Positions 44,451 through 53,014 of a stretch of 64,000 bases of DNA are shown one piece after another; within the stretch, counting starts at the first letter, position 1, and each line of letters begins with the position of its first letter. The stretch comes from an uncultured Lentisphaerota bacterium (GTDB lineage Bacteria; Verrucomicrobiota; Lentisphaeria; Oligosphaerales; CAITYL01). The notes beneath the pieces are model-generated. The model worked only from the letters and a program-made list of their open reading frames with translations, was not told where the DNA came from and ran no database searches. Position numbers and translations under genes: made by a program. The DNA is taken from positions 39,428-103,427 of the forward strand of contig CAIXRA010000003.1 of the NCBI GenBank assembly GCA_903921725.1. The letters are read 5' to 3'.

Positions 44451-44653
44451 CGGGGGAAACGCCTGCCTGTTGCGTGGTGGAGGACTCCGGATTCCACGCA
44501 CGCCGGTTCCGTCAGGCGGAGGCGGGGTGGCGCGGACGTCGAACTATACCATCCCCCGCGGGGATGTCCACGAAGGGGGCACGCAGCCGTTTTTGACGGA
44601 TGCCATTGAACGGGCGTCCGCTTGTTTTTTGTAGTCCCGCTTTCAGTCTGCCT

Positions 44654-44704
44654 GCGCCGGGCGGGACGCCGCGGCGAAAGCGGGCGGGACGCCCACGCTC
44701 CCGT
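44654..44704. repeat. copy 2 of the roughly 50-nt dispersed repeat
   Basis: See 145-194. It lies in the non-coding gap between the murJ 5' end and the 3' end of the HEAT-repeat gene. Confidence 0.8.
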
Positions 44705-44800
44705 CTGCCACAAGCTGGAGCTTGAATTTAGATTTTGGGCCACGGGAAAGCCGATGATTTCCGTCGTTTTCCGCTTTGTGGCAGGACTTTATGCCGAATT

Positions 44801-45469
44801 TTACGCTTCAGATGAGTGCTGTTGTTTCCCATGTTTTTCGGAATGGAATACGCAGTAAAAGCCACAGTCTGCCACACTGCCGTCTTTTGTGCTCATTTCG
44901 TGCGTGGAGTAGTTTCCCGTAGGTGAGGCCCCCGTGGGCTGGAGGGGCGGCGGGGGCTTTGTGGGCGTGGCCGGTTGATGGAGGCGGGCAAGGGCAGCGC
45001 GGGCGGCAACGGCCAGACGGACATCACAGCCGCCCTTGGTGTACCGCTGCAGCGTCTTGCCTGCGTCCTGCGCGGCAGAACCAAGTTGGCCAATGGTGGA
45101 AAACGCCGACATCTTCAGCGAGACGCCGGTATCCGCGGCTGCCAGTAGTTTTCGCGCCTCATTCACCGCTTCTGGATGCTTGAGGATGGTGGCAACCTGC
45201 AATGCGGTGACTCGGCTACCGATTACGGTCTCCTTGTCGCGCAGAAGCTCCATGGCGGACGCTGCAATCTCATCCGCCTTGAAGTCTGGTAGTGCAGAGA
45301 GATCCTTGAGCGCGAGCAGTGCAGTGCCAGCAAAGCTGTCCTTGCGCTCTTTGAGTGCATCCTGGAACAGCTTCCTAATGGCGACCTTGTCCTCGTGGTT
45401 GGTGAGCTTGGGATAAATGTGTCCCAAGAACTGGATGCAATAATCGCGCCAGACTGGAATCTTCGCCAT
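44801..45469 (-). CDS. HEAT/armadillo-like repeat protein (hypothetical)
   Basis: Helical repeats such as ALLALKDLSALPD..., VTALQVATILKHPEAV and RLAVAARAALARL, with a P-rich tail. Confidence 0.6.
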   Translation of the reverse strand: MAKIPVWRDYCIQFLGHIYPKLTNHEDKVAIRKLFQDALKERKDSFAGTALLALKDLSALPDFKADEIAASAMELLRDKETVIGSRVTALQVATILKHPEAVNEARKLLAAADTGVSLKMSAFSTIGQLGSAAQDAGKTLQRYTKGGCDVRLAVAARAALARLHQPATPTKPPPPLQPTGASPTGNYSTHEMSTKDGSVADCGFYCVFHSEKHGKQQHSSEA

Positions 45470-45531
45470 ATTGCATATTCTCCAGATCGTTCGTCTATAA
45501 AGTCAGCCCTGTGACCTTGCGAAAAATGGAA

Positions 45532-45765
45532 TCACCGAGGCGTAGCCTTGAGCGCGTTGTCTTTTCCCGATGATTTAGCCGTACCGGCAAGACTTTTCAA
45601 AGCCGCCTTTGCCGCCACATGCAGCCGGACCTCGTTCCCCGTGGACAGCTTCTCAAGCATGGCCTTGTCCGAGGCGTCGCCCAGCATCCCGACCGCTGCC
45701 ACTGCGGAAATCCGCAGCGGCATGAACGACGCGGCGGATCCACCCGTTGCCGGTTCATTCGTCAT
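45532..45765 (-). CDS. small HEAT-like repeat protein (hypothetical)
   Basis: RISAVAAVGMLGDASDKAMLEKLSTGNEVRLHVAAKAALKSL resembles PBS-lyase HEAT-like repeats. The start overlaps the stop of the upstream gene (45755-45765). Confidence 0.5.
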   Translation of the reverse strand: MTNEPATGGSAASFMPLRISAVAAVGMLGDASDKAMLEKLSTGNEVRLHVAAKAALKSLAGTAKSSGKDNALKATPR

Positions 45766-47170
45766 CTTCGCCCTTTTCTGTTTCTTCCACCATTTCGTTC
45801 ATTTCTTTAAGCCACGCCCAGAAGGAAGCCTTGCGCGAATGTGCTTCCCGTACGGTGCCTGCGTACTCCGCATGCGGCGTGAATCCACGCCAGTCGCTGA
45901 TGATTGCCGCCAACTCCTCCAGCCTCCGCCAGTACCGTGCGCCGTACTGGTATGCCTTGCTTTGCGCCCTCCACAGAATGGAGTTGATTAACGCCCGATA
46001 GATCATGGACGCCGCCAGTGGCCGCTTCGCCGCTTCCAGTTCCCGTGCGAATTGAGGCAGCGTATGATAGTCCTCGCCGTTGAGTTGTTCCACGTGCCCC
46101 AACAGGTAGCGCTCCGCGTCATCCAGCCGTTCCACGGCAAACAGGAACCCGGCATCGTCCAGCTTCAGCCGTTTGTTCTGCAAAATCTTGTCTGCCGCCG
46201 CCGCAATCACCGCCTCCCGCTGTTCCGCGCCGATCTGTTCCAGCAGCGTGCCGAGCGTCTGGGCGCTGCGGTGACCTTCAAATATCCGCCAGGCAACCTC
46301 CGCCTGCTTCGCCTTGTCGCCCAGCATCCCGTAAATCGTTAGCAACAGCCGGTCGCGTTCCCCTTGATAAAACGTCTCGTCGGCCGGAATACACTCCAGC
46401 CAGGACAGAGCCGCTGGCGCATCGCCGCACTCCGCATACACCCGGGCGATCTCCGTGCAAAGGTGGACGTTGGGTATTGCGCCAGATGGGCGGTCGCGCA
46501 TTGCAGAGTACGCAAGCATCAACTTCTCGAACAGCGGTGCGTCCTTGATCTTCCGGGCCAGCGGCGTTGCCAATGACAGCCAGTGCCCATTTTTCTGGTC
46601 GTCGGTTGCCGCCCGTTCCTGAAACAGCGCGATCATGGCGCGGACGTTCGCCTCCGGCAGATACTCCCCGGCGCAAGCCAGTAGGCCGTCGCGCACACCA
46701 TAGCCATCGTGTTCGTTCAATTTTAGCACCAGCTCCGCCAGCCATTCCTTGTCCGGACATTGTCTGGCGTAGTGAACGAACAGCTCCTTGGCTGTAAAAT
46801 CATACACCATGCCGACTTCGCCACCGGAGTCATCACAGCGCTCAAGCACCGCAAGGTCGGTCTCATAGAACGCGGCGACCAGTTCGCAGCCCAGGCGCGG
46901 ATCGCCAACCCCCGCCTTGAGGTCGGCCAGCAAATCCTCCAGTTCGCGGGCGAACCCGTTTCCACCCCGCCAATCCACAAACGTCTTCGCGCGCTTCAAC
47001 GCGGCCATCCGTGCCTTGACCCGCTTCACATTCTCCGCTGGCGACGCAATCAACCGCTCCACTAAATTGACGGCCGCGTCATTCCCGCTGTCTGCCAGCT
47101 CCAGCAGCGCCCCTGACAGCGCCTCCACCCCCAGCTTTACCAACCGTTGTTTTTTGTCGTCGTTCGTCAT
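45755..47170 (-). CDS. all-helical hypothetical protein
   Basis: Long ORF with coding-like composition and C-terminal YRALINSILWRAQSKAYQYGARYWRRLEELA...HSRKASFWAWL. Start at ATG 47170 (MTNDDKKQRL). No family assigned. Confidence 0.65.
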   Translation of the reverse strand: MTNDDKKQRLVKLGVEALSGALLELADSGNDAAVNLVERLIASPAENVKRVKARMAALKRAKTFVDWRGGNGFARELEDLLADLKAGVGDPRLGCELVAAFYETDLAVLERCDDSGGEVGMVYDFTAKELFVHYARQCPDKEWLAELVLKLNEHDGYGVRDGLLACAGEYLPEANVRAMIALFQERAATDDQKNGHWLSLATPLARKIKDAPLFEKLMLAYSAMRDRPSGAIPNVHLCTEIARVYAECGDAPAALSWLECIPADETFYQGERDRLLLTIYGMLGDKAKQAEVAWRIFEGHRSAQTLGTLLEQIGAEQREAVIAAAADKILQNKRLKLDDAGFLFAVERLDDAERYLLGHVEQLNGEDYHTLPQFARELEAAKRPLAASMIYRALINSILWRAQSKAYQYGARYWRRLEELAAIISDWRGFTPHAEYAGTVREAHSRKASFWAWLKEMNEMVEETEKGEDDE

Positions 47171-48620
47171 GTGCTTGACACCCGGTTTTGGAACTACCAC
47201 ACACAGATTGTGCCACGCTGGAAACCAATACGCCAGGGAGAGGCTCAACCAAAATTTGCTTGTCCAAAATTTCTACTGTTACAAACCAAGGGCGCGGAGC
47301 GGCAAGATATTCAGCCGCCATGCGTATGCCAATATCATGGTTTTTGCGGGCAGTATCACATTCTTTCGCCAGCGCCAAAAGTTCGATAGCGTCTGCATTA
47401 TACCCGCTTTTGCGTGAACCAAGATCGCGGGCAGCCAAGGACCACCACATGACCGCCAAGGCATGATGGTTGATAGCGGGCATATCACTTTCTTTGCGTT
47501 TGTTAAAATGATACATGCCAAGGACAAATTGTGCTCGTTGCTCACCTCGCATAGCGTTGTCTCGTGTTTTTGACCACAAGTCTGCCCAAACGCAAGCGTC
47601 ATGCGTAGAAATGGATTGTGCAGCAAAAGCACTCCAGTCCCCTCGCGAAACGGCTATTTTTTGCCAAAAAACAGCTTCTTCCTCTTCTTGTGGATCACAG
47701 TTTCCAATATCCGTGATATGATCATGGAGCCGCAGCATGCCCTTGGTACATCCTCCCAGCGCACTGTTACGATAGCAGATTCTTGCCGCAGCTTGGTTGC
47801 ATTTTATCCCTATTCCATGCTCAAATAGCATTCCGTAAACACAAAGAGCAAAGGCGCTGCCTTCCTGAGCTAAGCGACTAATGAGGGAAAAGAGTGCTGC
47901 TGTATCTTCAGGCTCTGCTTCAATTATCGATTGTGCAATCAATCCAATGGAAAATTGGCGGTCGTCTTCGGGACATGCCTGGTACTTTTTGTAAATTTCG
48001 CTTGTCGCCAACATCATTCGCTTGTCGGCATAATCCCAGTCAGAAGGGTTGCAGGCGCAATACAACCAAAGAAGCTCCGCGCTCCCTCCTCGGTCTATGC
48101 GGGATCGCATTCGTGCGTACAACTCCTCCTTACTCTTCGGCATTCCTCCATCACGCAGACATGCTTCATGCTGCTGTAACATGCGCCGAATGAATGCGTC
48201 TTCCTGTTCGGAAAACGAGGGAATCACGCTAAACGTGCTTTCGTTCTCTACGCCTTGACGATAAGCTTGCATCAGTTCAGGCAATCGAGACTCGCGGCAT
48301 CGCGGTTTTGCCAATGGAAATCTTACGGGTTTCTCCATAAGAGATTCAGCGCGGGGCATGCCATCATTGCCTATGCTTGCCTTAGATCGACATCTATTTT
48401 CTTTTCGTGCAGCGAACAAGGTGTGATACAAGGCATCGTCATCCATCCCATCAGGCAGAGGCCAGCCAAGTTTACACCCTTGAGCCCTGCGGCAATACCA
48501 CGTTGCGGTTCCAACAGACACATCGCACGCATGGGCTACCAAGCGCAATGACAAACCGACGCCAAAGCGTAGTCGAAACATTTCCCGGATCACATGGGCT
48601 GCCAATTTCTCTTGTGCCAT
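47079..48620 (-). CDS. IS21 IstA-type N-terminal HTH fused to Sel1-like repeat domain
   Basis: N-terminus IREMFRLRFGVGLSLRLVAHACDVSVGTATWYCRRAQGCKLGWPLPDGMDDDALYHTLF matches the IstA HTH region. No DDE domain follows. Instead there are Sel1-like units (AQEGSAFALCVYGMLFEHGIGIKCNQAAARICYRNSA; RGEQRAQFVLGMYHF). The body is lower-GC, and the last roughly 190 nt run into high-GC DNA and overlap the next gene. Confidence 0.6.
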   Translation of the reverse strand: MAQEKLAAHVIREMFRLRFGVGLSLRLVAHACDVSVGTATWYCRRAQGCKLGWPLPDGMDDDALYHTLFAARKENRCRSKASIGNDGMPRAESLMEKPVRFPLAKPRCRESRLPELMQAYRQGVENESTFSVIPSFSEQEDAFIRRMLQQHEACLRDGGMPKSKEELYARMRSRIDRGGSAELLWLYCACNPSDWDYADKRMMLATSEIYKKYQACPEDDRQFSIGLIAQSIIEAEPEDTAALFSLISRLAQEGSAFALCVYGMLFEHGIGIKCNQAAARICYRNSALGGCTKGMLRLHDHITDIGNCDPQEEEEAVFWQKIAVSRGDWSAFAAQSISTHDACVWADLWSKTRDNAMRGEQRAQFVLGMYHFNKRKESDMPAINHHALAVMWWSLAARDLGSRKSGYNADAIELLALAKECDTARKNHDIGIRMAAEYLAAPRPWFVTVEILDKQILVEPLPGVLVSSVAQSVCGSSKTGCQAHDERRQKTTVGKAGGGGAVRGAAGAGRQRE

Positions 48621-48762
48621 CCGCATACTCCCGTCACATGTAAACATGTCGCGGCATCCATACAATTCAAGAGATCATTGCCCTTCTGGTTCGAAGTCGG
48701 GTTCCGGGCGGAAAAACGCCTCCAACCATGTCCTGATGTTCGTTTATTCCTATTTGGGTAAC

Positions 48763-48837
48763 ATACCCCGACCCTTGGGTCGCTTGAGTTATCGATAACG
48801 ATATTGGTGTTTTGATACCCCGACCCTTGGGTCGGGG
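48763..48837. repeat. two direct copies of ATACCCCGACCCTTGGGTCG (hairpin-forming) flanking a 12-bp palindrome GTTATCGATAAC
   Basis: Copies at 48763-48782 and 48815-48834. The second extends to a perfect hairpin CCCCGACCC-TTG-GGTCGGGG (48818-48837). The palindrome is at 48788-48799. Confidence 0.8.
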
Positions 48838-48966
48838 AGGCTTCATTATTCGTTACCTTGCAGATAATTGCATGTTAAAATTTGGGAGCTTGTACATTTT
48901 GAAACATCATGGAATTGGACGGGCGAAAACCAACAAAGGGACCAACAATAAAGGCACCAATATTTT

Positions 48967-49752
48967 TTAAGACGGCGGTGGCACGGGGGATGTCTGAGGC
49001 GCGGCTTTGGCGGCGGAGGAAGGCGTGGAGGAAGGAGGCAAGTGCTTGGCGGGAACCAGGACGGCCTTGAGATCGGGCTGCTTGGGAGAGTCGGTCTTGA
49101 AGACGAAGAGCAGCTCCGCATTGGGCGGCAGGGGCGTCCCATCGTCGCGGATGACCTCTATGGGGGCGGAACAGCTCTCGGCCTTGACCGCCACAGGGAA
49201 CGGCGTCGCGCAGCGCCAGCCGTCGGGCAACGTCACGGCGGTCAGGTTGATGACTCCCGAAGGGTTGCAGTTCTCGACCACTGGGGATGCCTTCAGTGCC
49301 TTGCCGGCACGCTGGACCGGGATCCGGTAGCAGTGCGGGTTGAAGCGGAGGCCGACCGAACTGTAGGGCAAGAAGACGTGGAACGAGAGCACCCGCATCC
49401 TGGAGGTCTCATCATTGGACGCCAAGAAGATCGCCTTCTCGATATGCCCCTCATAACCGGCGGAGTGGAAGACGGCCGAAAGCTCGACCTCCTCGCCGGG
49501 CGGGATCTCAGACTTTGGCAGGGTCACAGCCAGACAGGCACACCCACCGCGGATCGAGTCGATCTTGACCGGCTGGTCGCCCACGTTCTTGAGCTTGAAC
49601 GCAAACGGGTAGTTGCCGAGGTTCCTGGCCTGGCGGCCGAACTCCTGTTGCGGCGGAGTGACCTGGAGCTGAGGGGCGGCGGAGGCAGATGGAGCCCAAG
49701 GCAACAGGCCACACAAGAGTAAGGAGATGGTCGTAAAGATTCTTGAAGTCAT
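48967..49752 (-). CDS. DUF1573 domain protein (secreted)
   Basis: Signal peptide MTSRIFTTISLLLCGLLPWAPSASA and FKLKNVGDQPVKIDSIRGGCACL (DUF1573-type beta-sandwich with a C-x-C motif). Start at ATG 49752. Confidence 0.75.
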   Translation of the reverse strand: MTSRIFTTISLLLCGLLPWAPSASAAPQLQVTPPQQEFGRQARNLGNYPFAFKLKNVGDQPVKIDSIRGGCACLAVTLPKSEIPPGEEVELSAVFHSAGYEGHIEKAIFLASNDETSRMRVLSFHVFLPYSSVGLRFNPHCYRIPVQRAGKALKASPVVENCNPSGVINLTAVTLPDGWRCATPFPVAVKAESCSAPIEVIRDDGTPLPPNAELLFVFKTDSPKQPDLKAVLVPAKHLPPSSTPSSAAKAAPQTSPVPPPS

Positions 49753-49914
49753 TCCAACAAACGCCTCGTTACCTAAGTAACCGTCGCATATGACCCATGT
49801 TGCGGGGTTGGCGGCGGCGGGTGATGGTAACGGGTGTCGCGGGTGTGTACGCCCGTCGTGTCCACGCCGGGGCATGCTGGCGCGGCGGCTCTTTTGCAAC
49901 CGAATCGGAACGGG

Positions 49915-51462
49915 TCAGGCTGCCGCCATGGCGGCGGCCTTGGCCTTGAGCCAGTTGTGAGGGAGGAGTTCGGCGACGCGGCTGGCGGGGTGGCCTTGGA
50001 TGCGGGCGAGGACGTCTGCGAGGTATTCGTAGGGGTCGGCACCGATGGCGCGGCAGGTTTGGACGAGTGACAGGAGCGTGCCGGTGGCCTCGCCGCCTTT
50101 CTGGCAGCCGGCGAAGAGCCAGTTTTTGCGTCCGATGGCCAGGGGGCGGATGGCGCGTTCGCTCATCCCGTTGTCGGGGTTGAGGCGCGCGTCCTGCAGG
50201 AAGGTCTTGACGGCATCGCCGAGGTTGAGCAGGTAGTTGACGGCTTTGGCGAAGCGGGAGGATGGCAGCAGGCCGCCTCCATCCAGCATCGCCTGGGCTC
50301 GTTGGATCATGCCGTCGATCAGCGGCGCGATGTGTTTTTGCCGGACGGCGAGGACGGTGGGTCGGCCGAACCAGGAGGCGACGCGCTCCCAGCGGTAAAG
50401 TCTGCGGATGTCTTCAAGGAAGAGCAGGCGCAGTGCGGGCGGCGCGTCTTCCGCCTCGAAGAATTTGCGGCGGATATGCATCCAGCAGGCGCACTCCGTC
50501 ACGCCATCCTGCTCAAAGAGGTCGTCGTATCCGTTGTAGGCGTCGGCATGGATGTAGCCGCGGTAGTTGCCGAGAAATTCCCGCGGCCGTTTTTTGCACC
50601 GGTCGGGGGTGAACTCGTAGTAGCGCAGCGGCGGGCCGTCGCCGCCGGCGACATAGACCCACATGCGCCCCTGTTTGAGCTTGCTGGTGCCCTTGACCTG
50701 GAGATCGACCGGGGTGTCGTCGGTGAAGAGGATGCCGCGGGAGAGAATCTCGGCCTTGAGGCCGGCCAGCAGCGGATTGAGCACCTCGGCGGCGGCGATG
50801 TAGAGGCGCGAGAGCGTCTGCCGGCCCACCTCGACGCCCATCATCCGCAACTGCTCCTCGATGCGGTAGAGCGGCACATGCCTGGCGAGCTTTTCGGTGA
50901 TGAGCATCGCCAGGAACGTCTCGTCGTAGCTGCCGCCGGGGATGGCGAAGTCCGGAGCCGGAGCGCGCACGACGCCCTGCGACGGGTTGGCGGGGGCCGC
51001 GTACTTCGGATAGACATGCACCCGGACGAAGCACTCGCCCGGCTTCCACGCCAGCTTTTCCACGCGATCCTCACCGATCTTCTTCATCGGCAGACCGCTG
51101 ACCAGGTCCACCTTGTCGTCATCGGCGATGTCATGCACAACTTCTACGCGGGGAAGGTCTTCCGGAATGAGTCCCTCCAGGCCGCGACGCGGCTTGGCCG
51201 CCACCGTCGCCCGGCGTGCGACCGTTTCCGCCGAATGGGCGGCCGCCATCGCCGCCTCCAGGCGCGCGACCTCCAGCAGGATCGCGTCCATCTGCAACTG
51301 GGCGGAATCAACCCCGACTTCCCGTTCCGACTTCCGCCCGTACAGCTGAGCTTGGAGCTTTTTCAGCTTCAGGTTGAGAAGCCTAATCTCCGCCTCCAAA
51401 ATGCCGACGACGCGGTCGTATTCCTCGCGCGGGACAGTCGGGTTGGTAGCGGCTTCATCCAT
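49915..51462 (-). CDS. IS66-family transposase TnpC
   Basis: N-terminal coiled coil and zinc-finger region, DDE core (ILFTDDTPVDLQV...HADAYNGY...CWMHIRRKF), C-terminal IS66_C region. Confidence 0.9.
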   Translation of the reverse strand: MDEAATNPTVPREEYDRVVGILEAEIRLLNLKLKKLQAQLYGRKSEREVGVDSAQLQMDAILLEVARLEAAMAAAHSAETVARRATVAAKPRRGLEGLIPEDLPRVEVVHDIADDDKVDLVSGLPMKKIGEDRVEKLAWKPGECFVRVHVYPKYAAPANPSQGVVRAPAPDFAIPGGSYDETFLAMLITEKLARHVPLYRIEEQLRMMGVEVGRQTLSRLYIAAAEVLNPLLAGLKAEILSRGILFTDDTPVDLQVKGTSKLKQGRMWVYVAGGDGPPLRYYEFTPDRCKKRPREFLGNYRGYIHADAYNGYDDLFEQDGVTECACWMHIRRKFFEAEDAPPALRLLFLEDIRRLYRWERVASWFGRPTVLAVRQKHIAPLIDGMIQRAQAMLDGGGLLPSSRFAKAVNYLLNLGDAVKTFLQDARLNPDNGMSERAIRPLAIGRKNWLFAGCQKGGEATGTLLSLVQTCRAIGADPYEYLADVLARIQGHPASRVAELLPHNWLKAKAAAMAAA

Positions 51463-51514
51463 GGCCGCTTAATATAAACTCAAGTTATTGCCGCGCAATC
51501 TATTGCAATCTTTT

Positions 51515-51868
51515 TTAGAAAATATTTTTTACGGGCTCCGGCGCGGCGTACCGCGGCGCCATTTTCAGCGGCACAACCCCTTCCAGAAGAAGCGCCAGCG
51601 ACCGCCGGTCCAGCACCACCCGCCCGTCGCGCGGCTCCGGCACCTTGAACCGCCCCTTCTCCAGGCGCTTTCCCCAGATCGCCAGCCCGTCACCCTCCCA
51701 GCGCAGAATCTTCACCTGCGTCGAGTCGCGGTTGACGAACACATAGTGCGCCCCGTCCACCGGCGAACGCCCCGCCTGGCACACCAGCGCCGCCAGCCCG
51801 TGGTACGACTTGCGCATGCTCACCGGCGACCGCCACAGCAGGATCTCCGATGCGCCGACGCTCAGCAC
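51515..51868 (-). CDS. IS66 accessory protein TnpB (Orf2)
   Basis: VSMRKSYHGLAALVCQ...HYVFVNRDSTQVKILRWEGDGLAIWGKRLEKGRFKVP. GTG start overlaps the tnpA stop. Confidence 0.9.
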   Translation of the reverse strand: MLSVGASEILLWRSPVSMRKSYHGLAALVCQAGRSPVDGAHYVFVNRDSTQVKILRWEGDGLAIWGKRLEKGRFKVPEPRDGRVVLDRRSLALLLEGVVPLKMAPRYAAPEPVKNIF

Positions 51869-52182
51869 GCCGCCCCGCCCAAGCAGTACACCACCCGCCG
51901 CAGCGCCGCCTCGTCAAACACCGAACCGATCACCAGCTCCATCCCCGACGGGAACCGCAACACCAGCCCGCAGCCACGCTCCGGCTCCGCCTGAACCCGC
52001 ACAAAGCCGTCCGAACCGACGGCGCCAGCGCCTGCGGCCACACGACGCTCACGCCGCAGCCAATACTGGAACTTCCACAACGCCAGACTGTTCGCCCGGC
52101 AGAACCCCGCCTGCGAAATCCCGCTTTCACGCCAGCGCGCCGTCACCCCAGCCCAATGCTTCTGCTTCTCCGCGAGATTCAT
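51862..52182 (-). CDS. IS66 accessory protein TnpA (Orf1)
   Basis: MNLAEKQKHWAGVTARWRESGISQAGFCRANSLALWKFQYWLRR (HTH-like). Start at ATG 52182. Confidence 0.8.
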   Translation of the reverse strand: MNLAEKQKHWAGVTARWRESGISQAGFCRANSLALWKFQYWLRRERRVAAGAGAVGSDGFVRVQAEPERGCGLVLRFPSGMELVIGSVFDEAALRRVVYCLGGAAC

Positions 52183-52430
52183 CCGAAAAACTCCCGTCGC
52201 CAAGCCGACCACCGGCCCGCGACGGAAACAACCATACCCCGCACGCTCACGGAAAAACAGATGCGGCATATGCGACGGTTACCGCGCCGTCACCCCCGAC
52301 CAATGCTCCTGCTTCTCCGTGAGATTCATCCGCAAAAACTCCCGCCGCCAAGCCGACCACCGACCCGCAACGGAACCAACCATACCCAGCACGCTCACGG
52401 AAAAACAGATGCGTCATATGCGACGGTTAC
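52135..52430. repeat. tandem 148-nt duplication of the IS66 right end (IR + leader + first 16 tnpA codons)
   Basis: 52135-52282 versus 52283-52430, roughly 90% identical by eye. Copy 2 encodes [16 protein letters not shown] versus MNLAEKQKHWAGVTAR in copy 1. Confidence 0.85.
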
Positions 52431-52952
52431 CTGGCCGTCGAAGTGGACAGCTCGCTCTCCGGGCTGCGGGTCGTGCGGGTGCTGGAGCGGATCGCCGCCC
52501 TGCGCGGCAAGCCGGACCGCCTGCTGACAGACAATGGCCCGGAGTTTTCCGGCAAGGCGCTGGATGCGTGGGCTTATGCGAACGGCGTGCGGCAGGAGTT
52601 CATCGAACCCGGCAAGCCGGTGCAGAACGCCCGCGTCGAAAGCTTCAACGGCCGCATGCGGGATGAGTGCCTGAACGAGCACTGGTTCATCTCCATGAAA
52701 CACGCACGGGAAACCATCGAAAAATGGCGCGAAGACTACAACCACTTCCGCCCGCATGGATCGCTGAAAAACATGACTCCGGCCGAATTCGCGGAAACGT
52801 TCCGCACCGGATAGGCCGCGGCCCCCCCCCCGGGGGAGGGGGACCAGGGGAACACCAGAAACAAAACCAAACCAAGAAACAAACACCAAACACAAGATTA
52901 CAGTACGGACAAGACTCTCATTGCATTTGGTACAGACAATGGGGGCACGTCA
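52431..52952 (+). mobile_element. 3' remnant of an IS3-family (IS407-group-like) element, truncated by the IS66
   Basis: Integrase-core C-terminus [56 protein letters not shown]...[14 protein letters not shown] (to the stop at 52814). The putative terminal repeat TGGGGGCACGTCA ends at 52952 and resembles the TGACCTGCCCCC-type end recalled from memory. Confidence 0.75.
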
Positions 52953-53014
52953 GAACGGCTTTCATGGAATAAGGGAACCGGAAAGCCTATTGCATATCCA
53001 CATGCTTATGCCGA

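Larger units (their letters stand above)
49777..52430 (-). mobile_element. IS66-family insertion sequence (tnpA-tnpB-tnpC) with a duplicated right terminus
   Basis: Terminal inverted repeats: GTAACCGTCGCATATGAC at 49777-49794, with reverse complements ending at 52282 (16-nt match) and 52430 (18-nt match). Three IS66 ORFs lie between them. Confidence 0.85.

Noticed and set aside
48688-48696. GGTTCGAAG, reminiscent of a tRNA T-loop, which might mark a tRNA or tRNA-fragment att site at the edge of the lower-GC patch.
   Set aside because: The flanking bases do not form a T-stem or acceptor stem, and no cloverleaf can be drawn.
52135-52430. Tandem 148-nt repeat and the short-period arrays, considered as possible CRISPR arrays.
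   Set aside because: There are only two copies with no spacers (148-nt repeat) or contiguous 7-9-nt units, and no cas genes. The 148-nt unit is clearly an IS66 terminus.
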